DNA of 64,000 nt, from positions 25,279-89,278 of IMG/VR virus record IMGVR_UViG_3300036652_000269. One strand, written 5' to 3'. Shown here piece by piece: positions 18,241-27,491 of the stretch. The translations under genes were made by a program, and so were the position numbers. The first letter of the stretch is position 1, and each line of letters starts with the position of its first letter. The notes below the pieces were generated by a model. The model ran no database searches. It saw only the letters and a list, made by a program, of their open reading frames with translations, and was not told the DNA's origin. This DNA is from a virus.

Positions 18241-18615
18241 TCACGCTTTCTTCAGGTAGACAGTGCCGAACAACAGGTCGGCGTTCCCGTCCGTGGCACT
18301 GGTGATGGCCAAGCCCCAGGACGAACACTGCACTCCGATTGTCTGGACGACAGACTTCGGCAACTTCAGCAACACGTCACCTTCGGCCAGGCCGTCCGGA
18401 TTCCCGACCGCAGACATGTCACTGAAGTATTGCGACAGATCGAGGATGATGTCCGGTGACCCGCTGGACAGCTTGATTTTCGAAACGAAAGTGTACGGCG
18501 TCACGTCGAACGGCTGCCCGTTGACCACGATGTTCCACTTGCCCCAGAAGTCGGTGGACTCGTCCAGGTACAGGTCGAACTTCTGGGCGTCAATGATGCT
18601 GCTGTTGACGATCAC
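18241..18615 (-). CDS. Hypothetical Ig-like fibre adaptor
   Basis: 124 aa beta-rich, upstream of the collagen-like gene. Confidence 0.45.
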   Translation of the reverse strand: MIVNSSIIDAQKFDLYLDESTDFWGKWNIVVNGQPFDVTPYTFVSKIKLSSGSPDIILDLSQYFSDMSAVGNPDGLAEGDVLLKLPKSVVQTIGVQCSSWGLAITSATDGNADLLFGTVYLKKA

Positions 18616-20111
18616 GTCAGACTCCCTCGATGGGCACGGTCAACGGCTTCCTGCACTTCATCTTTCGACAGCTTGCGACGACGCTGGGGCTTCCCGGACA
18701 ACGGGGCCACCACTATGGGGAGTTGTCCGGACGGCATCCCGGATGGGCTGATGGGTCCGCCACCGAATACGTCCTTGAAGTCGTCCCCGTCCGCACTACC
18801 ACCGCCCGCACCATCGATCCAGCCGTCACTGCCGAAGCTGATGCCACCATCGGCCCCACCACTGGGTTCGAGGTCGTCACCTTCCGACGAGTAGCTGCTG
18901 TCGTTGCAGTAGGTGCCCAGCGGCTGTTCTTGTCCGCAGATCAAACAGCGAGGGTGCCCGTTCGGGTGTGTCCATGCGGCCGGGGTGAAAGCGTGCTTGC
19001 CCTTCGCCTTTGCGGTCTGCTTGTTCTTCTTGATGAGTTCGGTTTCCTCGTCCGCCGTGATCCCGGTCTGGGCGGACATCGCGGATGACAGGTCCTTGTG
19101 CCGCCTGTCTTCTTGATAACCAAGTTGGGCAATCCGCTTACGGCGTTCCTCGCGCTGGTGTTCCAGGAACTGGCCTGCCGTCATAGCCGGGGTGCCAGCG
19201 GCCCTGTAGCGGTCGCTGCGGCCCTGGGGCTTCTTGCTGGCCACTTCCATGGCACGTTCGATCTGGGCAGCCCAGCGACCACCACGGCCACGTGGCTCGG
19301 CGGGGTTGAACGACTTGTCTTCCGTCGTTTGCCCGAAAGGGATGTCCACCCGGTTCGAGCCATGTACGACCGACAGATGGCTGAAGGTCACCTGCCGAGG
19401 TTGCCACCTGTTGATCGGCTGGTCGTCGGTCGGGTCCAGGTAGGCCAAGGTCATGTGCGGGGAATAGCCGTGACTACTGACTGGCTCGTATTTTCTGTCT
19501 GTCAGAAAGGCTTGGGTGACAACCTGTCGCAACCGTTCGACTTCCGGCGCATCGACGTTGACCACCAGCGGGTCCTGGCCACCTTCGTCAGAATCCTCAC
19601 CACTGAACCGGGTGATGCCGTTCAGCTTCGCAGTGATCGGGGCGAACTGGGAAGCGACTTTCTTCCCGATATTCACCAACTCTTTCTGGGTTCCGGCCAC
19701 ATCGCTGCCGACCTTGCCCAGATACAGCACCGTGCAGTGCAGGTCGTCGGGGTACAGCCCGTCCGGTAGAGCGATCTGTTGGGCATCGCCGGGACTGGGG
19801 TGCAGGGCTACCATGACGCCGGTCGAATAGTCCGGGCCAGGTGCCAGCTTCTTGGATTCCGTCTGCCAGATAGCAGCGGCTTCACGCATCAGGTCAGCGG
19901 AGAGGTTCTTGGCTTGCAGACAGTAGGCGGCAGCACCCAGCATGTCTGTCTTCATGATAGTTGCGACCTGCGACACTTTGGTCGCGTCGCTGCCGTCTGG
20001 CAGTTCGACAGGCAGCTGCTTGATCTGGCCTGCCTCGGGACGGGCTAGGCGGTCCTGCAATGCGGCCAGCATCCCCAGCATCTTGGCCGACACACGGATC
20101 GAGCCCGGCAC
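18612..20111 (-). CDS. 2H phosphoesterase (2'-5' RNA ligase/Acb1-like) domain protein
   Basis: GVMVAL...DLHCTVLYLG...YSPHMTLAY, i.e. two H-x-T motifs; followed by EDKSFNPAEPRGRGGRW tag. Confidence 0.8.
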   Translation of the reverse strand: MPGSIRVSAKMLGMLAALQDRLARPEAGQIKQLPVELPDGSDATKVSQVATIMKTDMLGAAAYCLQAKNLSADLMREAAAIWQTESKKLAPGPDYSTGVMVALHPSPGDAQQIALPDGLYPDDLHCTVLYLGKVGSDVAGTQKELVNIGKKVASQFAPITAKLNGITRFSGEDSDEGGQDPLVVNVDAPEVERLRQVVTQAFLTDRKYEPVSSHGYSPHMTLAYLDPTDDQPINRWQPRQVTFSHLSVVHGSNRVDIPFGQTTEDKSFNPAEPRGRGGRWAAQIERAMEVASKKPQGRSDRYRAAGTPAMTAGQFLEHQREERRKRIAQLGYQEDRRHKDLSSAMSAQTGITADEETELIKKNKQTAKAKGKHAFTPAAWTHPNGHPRCLICGQEQPLGTYCNDSSYSSEGDDLEPSGGADGGISFGSDGWIDGAGGGSADGDDFKDVFGGGPISPSGMPSGQLPIVVAPLSGKPQRRRKLSKDEVQEAVDRAHRGSLT

Positions 20112-20202
20112 CGTCTGTCCTTTCGATAAATCTGATGAAGGGGTACCTGCCGTTGAAAGACCGATGGTCGGAATCTCGGGCAGGTACCCCTTCGGCTCAG
20201 GA

Positions 20203-20691
20203 TCAGGTGTAGATGAACGAAGCCGCGTCGGTGACGTTGCCCGCGTCGTCCTGAACGATCACGTCGTACGTGCCCGCAGTCTTCGCCGGGGTCGTGACGT
20301 GGATGGTCTCGTCGTTGACGACCGAGAACGACGTGCCAGCGGTGCCACCGAAGGTGACGCCGGACGCACCGTCGAACCCGGTGCCCCTGATGACGATGGC
20401 CGTGCCACCCGCAGCCGCACCCGTGGCCGGGGTCAGCGAGGTGATGGTCGCGGCACTGTAGTTGCTGTAGAAGAAGTCGCGTTCGGAAGTGCGGATGTTG
20501 GTACCCGCCTTCCACTTCAGACGACGGCCGGTCTCACCCGATTCTCCGACCATCTTGAAGTGCTCGTACACGTCTTCCGTCAGGGTCAGCAACGGATCGG
20601 GGTCGCTGTACCCGGTGGACGGAAACGATGCCTTGGGGATCGTGGTGCCCGATGCGTCGGTCAACCACCGGTCTCCGGTGTCGGTGCCCAT
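20203..20691 (-). CDS. IPT/TIG (Ig-like) domain protein
   Basis: ITSLTPATGAAAGGTAIVIRGTGF...VTFGG...I.VTTP; start MGTDTG with AAGGAAGG RBS. Confidence 0.8.
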   Translation of the reverse strand: MGTDTGDRWLTDASGTTIPKASFPSTGYSDPDPLLTLTEDVYEHFKMVGESGETGRRLKWKAGTNIRTSERDFFYSNYSAATITSLTPATGAAAGGTAIVIRGTGFDGASGVTFGGTAGTSFSVVNDETIHVTTPAKTAGTYDVIVQDDAGNVTDAASFIYT

Positions 20692-20819
20692 GTCTTTACC
20701 TTCCTTGTCGAACGGTGGGTGTGGTACGGACGGGTCTCTTAGAAGCATAGGGCTTCATCTGGCGGAACATACAGAAGCCCAAAACTTCGGGGTGTCCATC
20801 TGTCAGCTAGACAGTCTGG

Positions 20820-21131
20820 TTACAGGCCGGTGACGGTGTACTTGGCTCCAACAGTGGTTGACCGCACGGTGACAACGCCCTGGTGGGTGTCGCCAGTCTC
20901 TCGCTGTTCGGGTAGCCGCACCGTCACCTTGTCACCGGGTGACAGGTAGTAGGCGTCGTCGCCCCCGGTCGCGGTCATGGTTGCGGTGCCGACCACGAAC
21001 TCGATTTCGGCAGCCGCGTCGATGTTGTGTACTTCCACCACCCCATACCCGCCCGTGATGGTGATGACCTCGTTGGTGTCGGCCACCGCGATGCTCTGCT
21101 TGGTGGACTTCTTGCAGGTGTGCGTTGCCAT
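20820..21131 (-). CDS. Hypothetical beta-rich protein (possible head decoration)
   Basis: 103 aa downstream of portal. Confidence 0.55.
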   Translation of the reverse strand: MATHTCKKSTKQSIAVADTNEVITITGGYGVVEVHNIDAAAEIEFVVGTATMTATGGDDAYYLSPGDKVTVRLPEQRETGDTHQGVVTVRSTTVGAKYTVTGL

Positions 21132-21179
21132 CAGTCTGGTCCGTCCTTGTCAGGTTGAAACTTGCTTGCTTGGACCGGG

Positions 21180-23612
21180 CTAGCGCTTGGGAGCCCAGTT
21201 GCACCAGCACCGGCAGTTGATGATTTCGTCCAACGCACCTGCTGGGTCACCAGGGTAGAGCATCTTGGATTCTCCGACAGTGAAACGGTCGCCACCGGAA
21301 ACTGACTTCCCGTCCACCATGGCGTGGGTGTGCCGGACCCGCTCGTCGTCTTCGGTCCACCAGGTCTTCGTCATGTAGTCGGCAGCCGTTCCGTACACCG
21401 CCTGCCGGATGCCTTCAACCGTTGAAGTTGTCAGGTTGACAGCAAGGCCCGTCTTCCAGCTGGACCGAGCGCCCACCATCTTGGTGACCGCCTTCTTGAT
21501 TTCCGTCATGGACGCACCCTGGCTGTCCAGTTCGGCAATCTTGGCAGCGACCTTCTCGGACTGCCGCATGGCTGACGATTCCACGATGCCCAACGCCTGA
21601 CCCAGCACGTCGTACAGCTTGGCTTCCGGATCGATGAACAGCCGGGTCAGTGGAGTGTTGCCGAACTGGTTGATCCGCCCGCTGTCCGCCATCTGGTCGA
21701 TGACCCCGGCTTGGTGCAGGGATCGGGCAGCACGCTTGGCTTCGCGTTCGAGGATGGGCTTCAGCAAGGTGTGCATGTCGCCCACGATGTCCTGCGACCA
21801 TTCGTCACCAGCCACCACGTACATCGGGTCCAAAGCCTTCGTGCCGACTTCCTTGCCGTCCCAGTGCCGGGTGTGCTTCAGCACCTTGGCGTGGTCCAAC
21901 CGGGACAGGAAGACCTTCTCTTGGCGATGACCCCAGACCGTCAGCCCGGTTTCGACTGTCGCTTCGATAGTTGCACGCAGCTGAAGGTACGGGTGTTCCT
22001 TGTATTCGGGCTCGATGACTATTTCGGCGTCGATGATGTCCGGGTCATCACCCCCGGTGTCGGACAGCATCTTTCGTTCGATGAGTTCGTTCATTGATGC
22101 CTTGGCCGCAACCCGTTCCGCACGGGCTGCCACGACCCCCAGGGCTGCCTGCACCGGGTTGAAGGACGACGCCGGTCCACCGATGGGGGCCAACGGCTTC
22201 TGAGAGCCCCCAGGAAGGGCTGCCGGGGCTGCCGGGGCACCGGGAAGGGCCGGGGCCTGTGCAGGGGCACCAGGGGCACCCTGCGTCATCGACTGCCTGG
22301 CCAGGGCGGACTCGGCACGCATCATGCCAGCGATGGCTGCCGCTGCCAGGTTGGGCAGGTTGCGGATCGCTTTTTCGTCGTCCGGGTCCCGCGCGATGAC
22401 CACACCGTTGGGCAGGAACAGGGCACGGGTGCCAGGGATGTCCCAGGGCTTCTCCCCGACTGCCCGGAAGAAATCGTCCAGGGTGGCTGCCCCGGCTGCG
22501 ACTTCGGCCAGCTTGTTCGTGCGCCGGGTGTTGATGGCCCGTTGCAAGACTTCGACTCCGCTGAAGTCGTAGGCCAGGTTGATGTCGTCGTCCAGGTCAC
22601 CGGTCAGGGCGTTCAGCCCCATGGCCATGCCCTTGCAGTGGTCTATCTCGGTGTGCAGCCAGAACCCTTCGAGTTCTGCGTCCGCGTTGTCAAACGTACG
22701 ACCCGAGGCATTGCCCAGCACCGATTCCGCGACACCGAACGCCAGCAGCAGATCGTCCTTACCTGCCTTCAGCCCAGCCAGCCACTCGATGTCGCGGGGG
22801 GTGGCACCCAGGTCCTGCACGCTGATGTCGTCGGCTTCGATGACGATGGTCTGGCCAGCAGCCAACGGACCACCCGTGAACCGGTTCTTGATTTCCTGAG
22901 CATCACCGGGGCTGGTGTCACCCTTGATGCCGACCAACAGACCAGGGCGTCCGTCGTTGGTGATGAAGTTCCGGTTGAACAACCTGGCGAGCCAGTCGCT
23001 TTCCGCCACGATGCCTGCCGACACCATCGGGGTCAGTTGCTGGTACGGATCGGTCGGGTGCGGCATCAGCTTGATCCAGATCACCTGATCGGGAGCCAAC
23101 GTCTGCACCGTGTAGTCGGACCGGGTGACTTCATACCCCGACACGAAGGTGATCGGGTCTGGTATCGGGTTGACAGCTTCTGCGTTCAGCAGGTGCAGTT
23201 GCGACGGCCTGCCATCCCGACCTCGCACCACTTCGACAAAGGCACCTTTGCGGGACAGCAGCAGTTGGGTGGACAGCCGGTACCGGAACATCCAAGCTGT
23301 CTCGTAGATGTTGGCGTTCAGGTTCAGCAGCTTGTACAGCCGGGGGTCGTCAATGGTCGTCCCGGTTTCGTAGTCACCCCGGCGCAGGATGATGGGTAGC
23401 CCGGCCTGCTTGGACGCGATGGCGTTCACACACCGTGCCACCCAGATGACTTTCTCCAAGCCATCCTTGACAGATCGACCCAAGTCCCACGGACCAACCG
23501 GACCTGACGACCGGATCAGTGCACGGCCCAAGGCACCCGACGACCGTGCCACCGCACCAGCCGAGCTAGCCGTACGCCGGTTCAGCAGCGGTGCGAGGAA
23601 GTTGCCTGGCAT
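21180..23612 (-). CDS. Portal protein fused to C-terminal MuF (phage head morphogenesis) domain
   Basis: WVARCVNAIA, LLLSRKGAF, AFGV..S.LG portal motifs; C-terminal KTW.TEDDERVRHTH...DG...F.VG...YPGDP...INCRC. Confidence 0.9.
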   Translation of the reverse strand: MPGNFLAPLLNRRTASSAGAVARSSGALGRALIRSSGPVGPWDLGRSVKDGLEKVIWVARCVNAIASKQAGLPIILRRGDYETGTTIDDPRLYKLLNLNANIYETAWMFRYRLSTQLLLSRKGAFVEVVRGRDGRPSQLHLLNAEAVNPIPDPITFVSGYEVTRSDYTVQTLAPDQVIWIKLMPHPTDPYQQLTPMVSAGIVAESDWLARLFNRNFITNDGRPGLLVGIKGDTSPGDAQEIKNRFTGGPLAAGQTIVIEADDISVQDLGATPRDIEWLAGLKAGKDDLLLAFGVAESVLGNASGRTFDNADAELEGFWLHTEIDHCKGMAMGLNALTGDLDDDINLAYDFSGVEVLQRAINTRRTNKLAEVAAGAATLDDFFRAVGEKPWDIPGTRALFLPNGVVIARDPDDEKAIRNLPNLAAAAIAGMMRAESALARQSMTQGAPGAPAQAPALPGAPAAPAALPGGSQKPLAPIGGPASSFNPVQAALGVVAARAERVAAKASMNELIERKMLSDTGGDDPDIIDAEIVIEPEYKEHPYLQLRATIEATVETGLTVWGHRQEKVFLSRLDHAKVLKHTRHWDGKEVGTKALDPMYVVAGDEWSQDIVGDMHTLLKPILEREAKRAARSLHQAGVIDQMADSGRINQFGNTPLTRLFIDPEAKLYDVLGQALGIVESSAMRQSEKVAAKIAELDSQGASMTEIKKAVTKMVGARSSWKTGLAVNLTTSTVEGIRQAVYGTAADYMTKTWWTEDDERVRHTHAMVDGKSVSGGDRFTVGESKMLYPGDPAGALDEIINCRCWCNWAPKR

Positions 23613-23630
23613 GGGCTGTTGCTCCTAGGA

Positions 23631-23819
23631 CTAGAAACCGATAATGACCCCCACCACCAGCAGGGCTAGTCCCAGTATGGCGATCCCGGCTGCCCAAGAC
23701 CACAACATCCCCACACCCACCACCAACGAGGCGAGTCCAGCCACCATCAAAACGACAGACAGCACGGCTTCCAGTACAGGCGTTTCCGGTGTCCTCGTCT
23801 GTCTTCTGTCAATCTCCAT
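23631..23819 (-). CDS. Small two-TM membrane protein
   Basis: Two hydrophobic segments; sits immediately upstream of portal. Confidence 0.55.
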   Translation of the reverse strand: MEIDRRQTRTPETPVLEAVLSVVLMVAGLASLVVGVGMLWSWAAGIAILGLALLVVGVIIGF

Positions 23820-24285
23820 TTTCGTCACTCCTTGACTTGCGGTGCTTCGGGTCGGATGGGGTAGTGGGCGTGTCGCCATCGATCATCCGGTCGATGTAGT
23901 CGGCCATGGTGCCCACTGACAACTCTTCGTTCTGCGAGTTGCTGAAGTGTTCCCACAGCTGGTTACGGACTATCATGCAGACAACGGTGGCTATCTCGGT
24001 GGCCTGCTGGACCGACACCCCGTGTTCGTCCGCCAGTCGTTCCATGTCTATCTGTTCGAAAGGCTGATGACGTTCGAGATATGCGTCACGTTCGTCCAGG
24101 GTGGCCATCACCACCCAGTAACACCCGGCCAGCAGCAGCAGGGTCCACTGCCCGGTCATCACGGTGTACGCGCCACCGAGTAGGTAGCTGCCCCGCAACA
24201 ACCAGGTCTGGGCATCCGGCCTGCGCATCACCCAACGCATGGCCAGGATGCCAGCACCCAGCAGGGGCAGATACCAGAGTTTCAT
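23809..24285 (-). CDS. Membrane protein
   Basis: 158 aa, hydrophobic N-terminus. Confidence 0.55.
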   Translation of the reverse strand: MKLWYLPLLGAGILAMRWVMRRPDAQTWLLRGSYLLGGAYTVMTGQWTLLLLAGCYWVVMATLDERDAYLERHQPFEQIDMERLADEHGVSVQQATEIATVVCMIVRNQLWEHFSNSQNEELSVGTMADYIDRMIDGDTPTTPSDPKHRKSRSDENGD

Positions 24286-24734
24286 CTTGCTAATACACCG
24301 ATACGCGGGTCCATCACGGATAGCGCCAGTCGGGTATCCGCCATGAACTGGTAGAAGCTACCCCGCATGGCAACGTCGTGCAGCGGGTCGGTGCACAGGT
24401 ATTCGCATACCTCGTCGTAGATCGGGGCGCTGGAATAGACCGGCCCGAACGCAGCCCCGAACAACGGGTCGTGCGGGCTGAACGATTTCCACCTGATGTG
24501 GCCATCCGATGTCCGGGTACCGAAGCAACCACACGGGGCTTCGATGTCTTCCACGATGTCGATCCCCGCCATGTTCATGACTCCACCGTAGATGTCACGC
24601 CGTGGTGCACTGCTGAACTTGGCTTTCAGGTTGGCAATATCTTTCGGGCTCATCCGGATGTTGGTCGTTAGCAGTGCCCCACCGGGCAGATACACACGTG
24701 TCCCACGGGGCCACCAACGAGATAGCAGAAACAT
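24282..24734 (-). CDS. Hypothetical protein
   Basis: 150 aa, coupled to next gene. Confidence 0.5.
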   Translation of the reverse strand: MFLLSRWWPRGTRVYLPGGALLTTNIRMSPKDIANLKAKFSSAPRRDIYGGVMNMAGIDIVEDIEAPCGCFGTRTSDGHIRWKSFSPHDPLFGAAFGPVYSSAPIYDEVCEYLCTDPLHDVAMRGSFYQFMADTRLALSVMDPRIGVLAR

Positions 24735-24763
24735 ATTTCTATCCTATCTTTGTCGATGTGAAA

Positions 24764-24802
24764 GTCCCCCGCCACCGGACCTTGCAGCCGATGACGGGGG
24801 AC
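24764..24802 (-). terminator. Rho-independent terminator
   Basis: GTCCCCCG..CGG / CCG..CGGGGGAC stem followed by TTT on the minus strand. Confidence 0.55.
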
Positions 24803-24824
24803 CGCTGGATGGGGTGGCGCGAAC

Positions 24825-25433
24825 TTAGCTGGTGGGCTGATCGGTGGGCTGGCTGGCCGAGTCCGTGCTGACCGTCATCGGGGCAGCGGTGTCGTTGCCG
24901 GTGGCCGTAGTGGTGCTGATCTGAACACCCGGTGTGGTGTCGCTAGTCGGTGCACTGTCCGCTACCGCCACCGGGTCGCCGGCCACCGTGGTGTCCGCCG
25001 GAGTGCTGGCGTCCGTGGTGCTGGTGGTTGTCGGATCGACAGTCGGGGTCGCTGTGCCGGTCGTGTCGGTCGTGGTGGCGTCAGCCGGGGGTGCAGCCGG
25101 GGCAGCCTGCGGGAGAACGTTGTTCAGTGCCACCAGGTCGTTGTTGACCGCCGACGATGCTGCGCTGATCTGAGTCTGAAGGCTGGCGATGGTGGCCTGG
25201 TCCGCTGCGTCCGCCTGGGTCAGCTGGGACACCTGGGCCTGAAGGCTGTTCACCGAGCCCATCAGACTGACAACCTTGCCGACAACGGCGTCCAGCTGGG
25301 TCAGTTCGTCGGACAGTGCGTTGTTCTGGGTCATGAGTGCTTCTCCGATTTCGTCTACGCGCCGGTATAGCGCGATCAGGATGTCGCGGTCCGACAGTTC
25401 ATGCACTGGCAAGACCGCATGGTGTTCGCCCAC
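24825..25433 (-). CDS. Coiled-coil protein with Thr/Asp-rich tail
   Basis: Heptad region followed by low-complexity tail. Confidence 0.55.
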   Translation of the reverse strand: MGEHHAVLPVHELSDRDILIALYRRVDEIGEALMTQNNALSDELTQLDAVVGKVVSLMGSVNSLQAQVSQLTQADAADQATIASLQTQISAASSAVNNDLVALNNVLPQAAPAAPPADATTTDTTGTATPTVDPTTTSTTDASTPADTTVAGDPVAVADSAPTSDTTPGVQISTTTATGNDTAAPMTVSTDSASQPTDQPTS

Positions 25434-25494
25434 TGGGATGGCCCTTCGGGACGGAGTTGGCTTACGGCAACACTGTGGGTCAACTAGGTCAGCT

Positions 25495-26226
25495 TCAGCA
25501 ACCCCCTTCGACCATGGCCAAGATGGTGTCCGCGTGCTGAATGGCTGTCAGCACGATAGATGAAAACAGATGGTCCTTGAACTGCTGGTCCACCGGCAAC
25601 TGGTCGTAGGGCACCAGACACGGGTGGGTTTTCAACTCGGGGTCCTTGACCGGCCCGTACACCCAGCCCTGTTCTGTCTTGGTGTCGCACCACAGCTGGT
25701 GGGACTGTTCGGGAGTGTTCCCGTTCAGCACCCCACGTACGCCGATCCGCACGCTTTCCTGCATGGCCGGGTCCACGTCGTCCCAGTCCGCTGCCACGTC
25801 GATGCCGGACCACGGCTGCAACTGCTGAACACCTCTGTTGGCTGAATGACAAAAACGGGCAATCGCATCGATCACCAGGTTCTTGTCCGCAGTGGACATC
25901 GGGTCTTCGGCGTCGTGGTCTTCCTCCCGATCCACCTGCAACGCATCGGTAGGCATGTCGGGTGTCTTCACGATGTCCGGGTGCGCTTCCTGCCAGGCTA
26001 CGATCCGGGCAACGTGGGCGTTGAGGCCATCAATGATGTTCTGGTCCCGTTCGACGGTAGGCAAGTGGGCCACTGCTTCCTGGTAACCACGGATCGCGTG
26101 CAGGATGAGCTTGTCCTTGGCCCGAAACAGGATGACCGGTTCGTCTTCACCGATGGTGGTGGTGATGTGCTTGCGCTTGTGGGGCCAGTCCTGAACCCCC
26201 TGATAATCCGCACGTGCGTGCAACAT
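25495..26226 (-). CDS. RyR-repeat domain protein
   Basis: H..W...K...GWVYGPVKDPELKTHPCLVPYDQLP..QQFKD. Confidence 0.8.
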   Translation of the reverse strand: MLHARADYQGVQDWPHKRKHITTTIGEDEPVILFRAKDKLILHAIRGYQEAVAHLPTVERDQNIIDGLNAHVARIVAWQEAHPDIVKTPDMPTDALQVDREEDHDAEDPMSTADKNLVIDAIARFCHSANRGVQQLQPWSGIDVAADWDDVDPAMQESVRIGVRGVLNGNTPEQSHQLWCDTKTEQGWVYGPVKDPELKTHPCLVPYDQLPVDQQFKDHLFSSIVLTAIQHADTILAMVEGGC

Positions 26227-26227
26227 G

Positions 26228-26650
26228 TCATAACTCCACTACTGCATCACGGGTGATGACCGTGGAACCGGGACGGTTCGCGGCCCGCTTGCGACATTCC
26301 CGTTCGGCGTCGGCTGCTGTCGAACTGAAAGCCTCGAAACCGTCTTCGAGTACCCACACCCACTGCTGCTTGCGAACCTTGCGTGGACCCCGCTGGGACT
26401 TGGGTCGTGACTGCACAGCCTGAGCTTCTACTGCCGGTGCCCGATGGTTGTCTGCGGCCTTGGTGCAGCGTTCGCATATCTGGGTGTTGGGTTTCAGTTC
26501 AATAGTTAGCGTCAGGTCGGTGCCACACCAGGCTTTCAGGTCTTCGGTAGACCTGATCAGGTGCTTCATGGTGCCGAACCGAGAATGGGCGTACACAGGG
26601 GTATCTGTCATAACGATAGTTCCTAGCTGTTGTCTGACCGGCGAAGTCAT
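26228..26650 (-). CDS. Hypothetical protein
   Basis: 140 aa; H...WCG...ICERC Zn-type motif. Confidence 0.45.
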   Translation of the reverse strand: MTSPVRQQLGTIVMTDTPVYAHSRFGTMKHLIRSTEDLKAWCGTDLTLTIELKPNTQICERCTKAADNHRAPAVEAQAVQSRPKSQRGPRKVRKQQWVWVLEDGFEAFSSTAADAERECRKRAANRPGSTVITRDAVVEL

Positions 26651-26830
26651 CCTAGCCGGGCCAGGTCGGGTTGGTGCAATGGCCGGTAGCCCGGCTGTAC
26701 GGCACGCTGACGGGCTAACCGGACGGGTTGGCAGTCCAGGTCCGGATCGGGCTGATAATCTGCCTGCTGCGTTGCTGGGCGTTGTCTCCTGATTGGTTAG
26801 TCGTCCCGATCAGCTTGACCGTCAGCACGT

Positions 26831-26891
26831 GTGGTGCCCCGCACCTGTCTGCTGACCGGCAGATCACAGACAGCTGTGTGCGGGGCACCAC
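26831..26891. terminator. Long stem-loop
   Basis: GTGGTGCCCCGCAC...GTGCGGGGCACCAC, 14-bp inverted repeat. Confidence 0.5.
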
Positions 26892-26921
26892 TCATGTTCA
26901 CGCCCGGTTATGGACTGATAG

Positions 26922-27491
26922 TTACTTGGTGAACAGGGTGTTGACGGTCTGCTGGTAATACAGCTTGTCAAGTAGACAAGTGATCGAGCCGGGAGTGACA
27001 TACCCCGGCCAGCGGTGGTCATCGAACAGCTGGTACCCGCCGTCCTGGTAGCACTGGTCGATGTACTGCGAGCAGATCATGTGCTTGTTGCTGGCGATGT
27101 AGTCCTTCAGCAACTGATCTGCCGGGTACAGGTGCAGCCGGTGAGTAGCCAACGCCGCATAGTCCAGGTACGAATACCCCACGTGCAGGTCGGCATAGCG
27201 CTGGGCCGCTGCCACGATGGCGGCACGCTGGTCGTCGGTCGGGTTGATGAGTCCCGACGACCACCGGATCGTTCTGCCGTCATAGATCGACAGGTCACGG
27301 ATCGCGGCCCCGTGCGGTTGGGCCTGGGCTATCTTGCCATCCCCCATGTACATGAGCACATGTTCGTAGTCCTTGTAGCCGTCACCGTTCAGCCACTGGC
27401 CGATCCGGATCGCCTTCCCCACGTCCCCCATCACCTTCACCACTCCGATGTCGGCTGGCTTCAGGGTCGGGGACAAGTTCGTGGTGGTCAT
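26922..27491 (-). CDS. Permuted papain-like (NlpC/P60, YiiX/YebB-like) amidase
   Basis: His before Cys: YEHVLMY...GYSYLDY...MICSQY...VTP. Confidence 0.75.
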   Translation of the reverse strand: MTTTNLSPTLKPADIGVVKVMGDVGKAIRIGQWLNGDGYKDYEHVLMYMGDGKIAQAQPHGAAIRDLSIYDGRTIRWSSGLINPTDDQRAAIVAAAQRYADLHVGYSYLDYAALATHRLHLYPADQLLKDYIASNKHMICSQYIDQCYQDGGYQLFDDHRWPGYVTPGSITCLLDKLYYQQTVNTLFTK

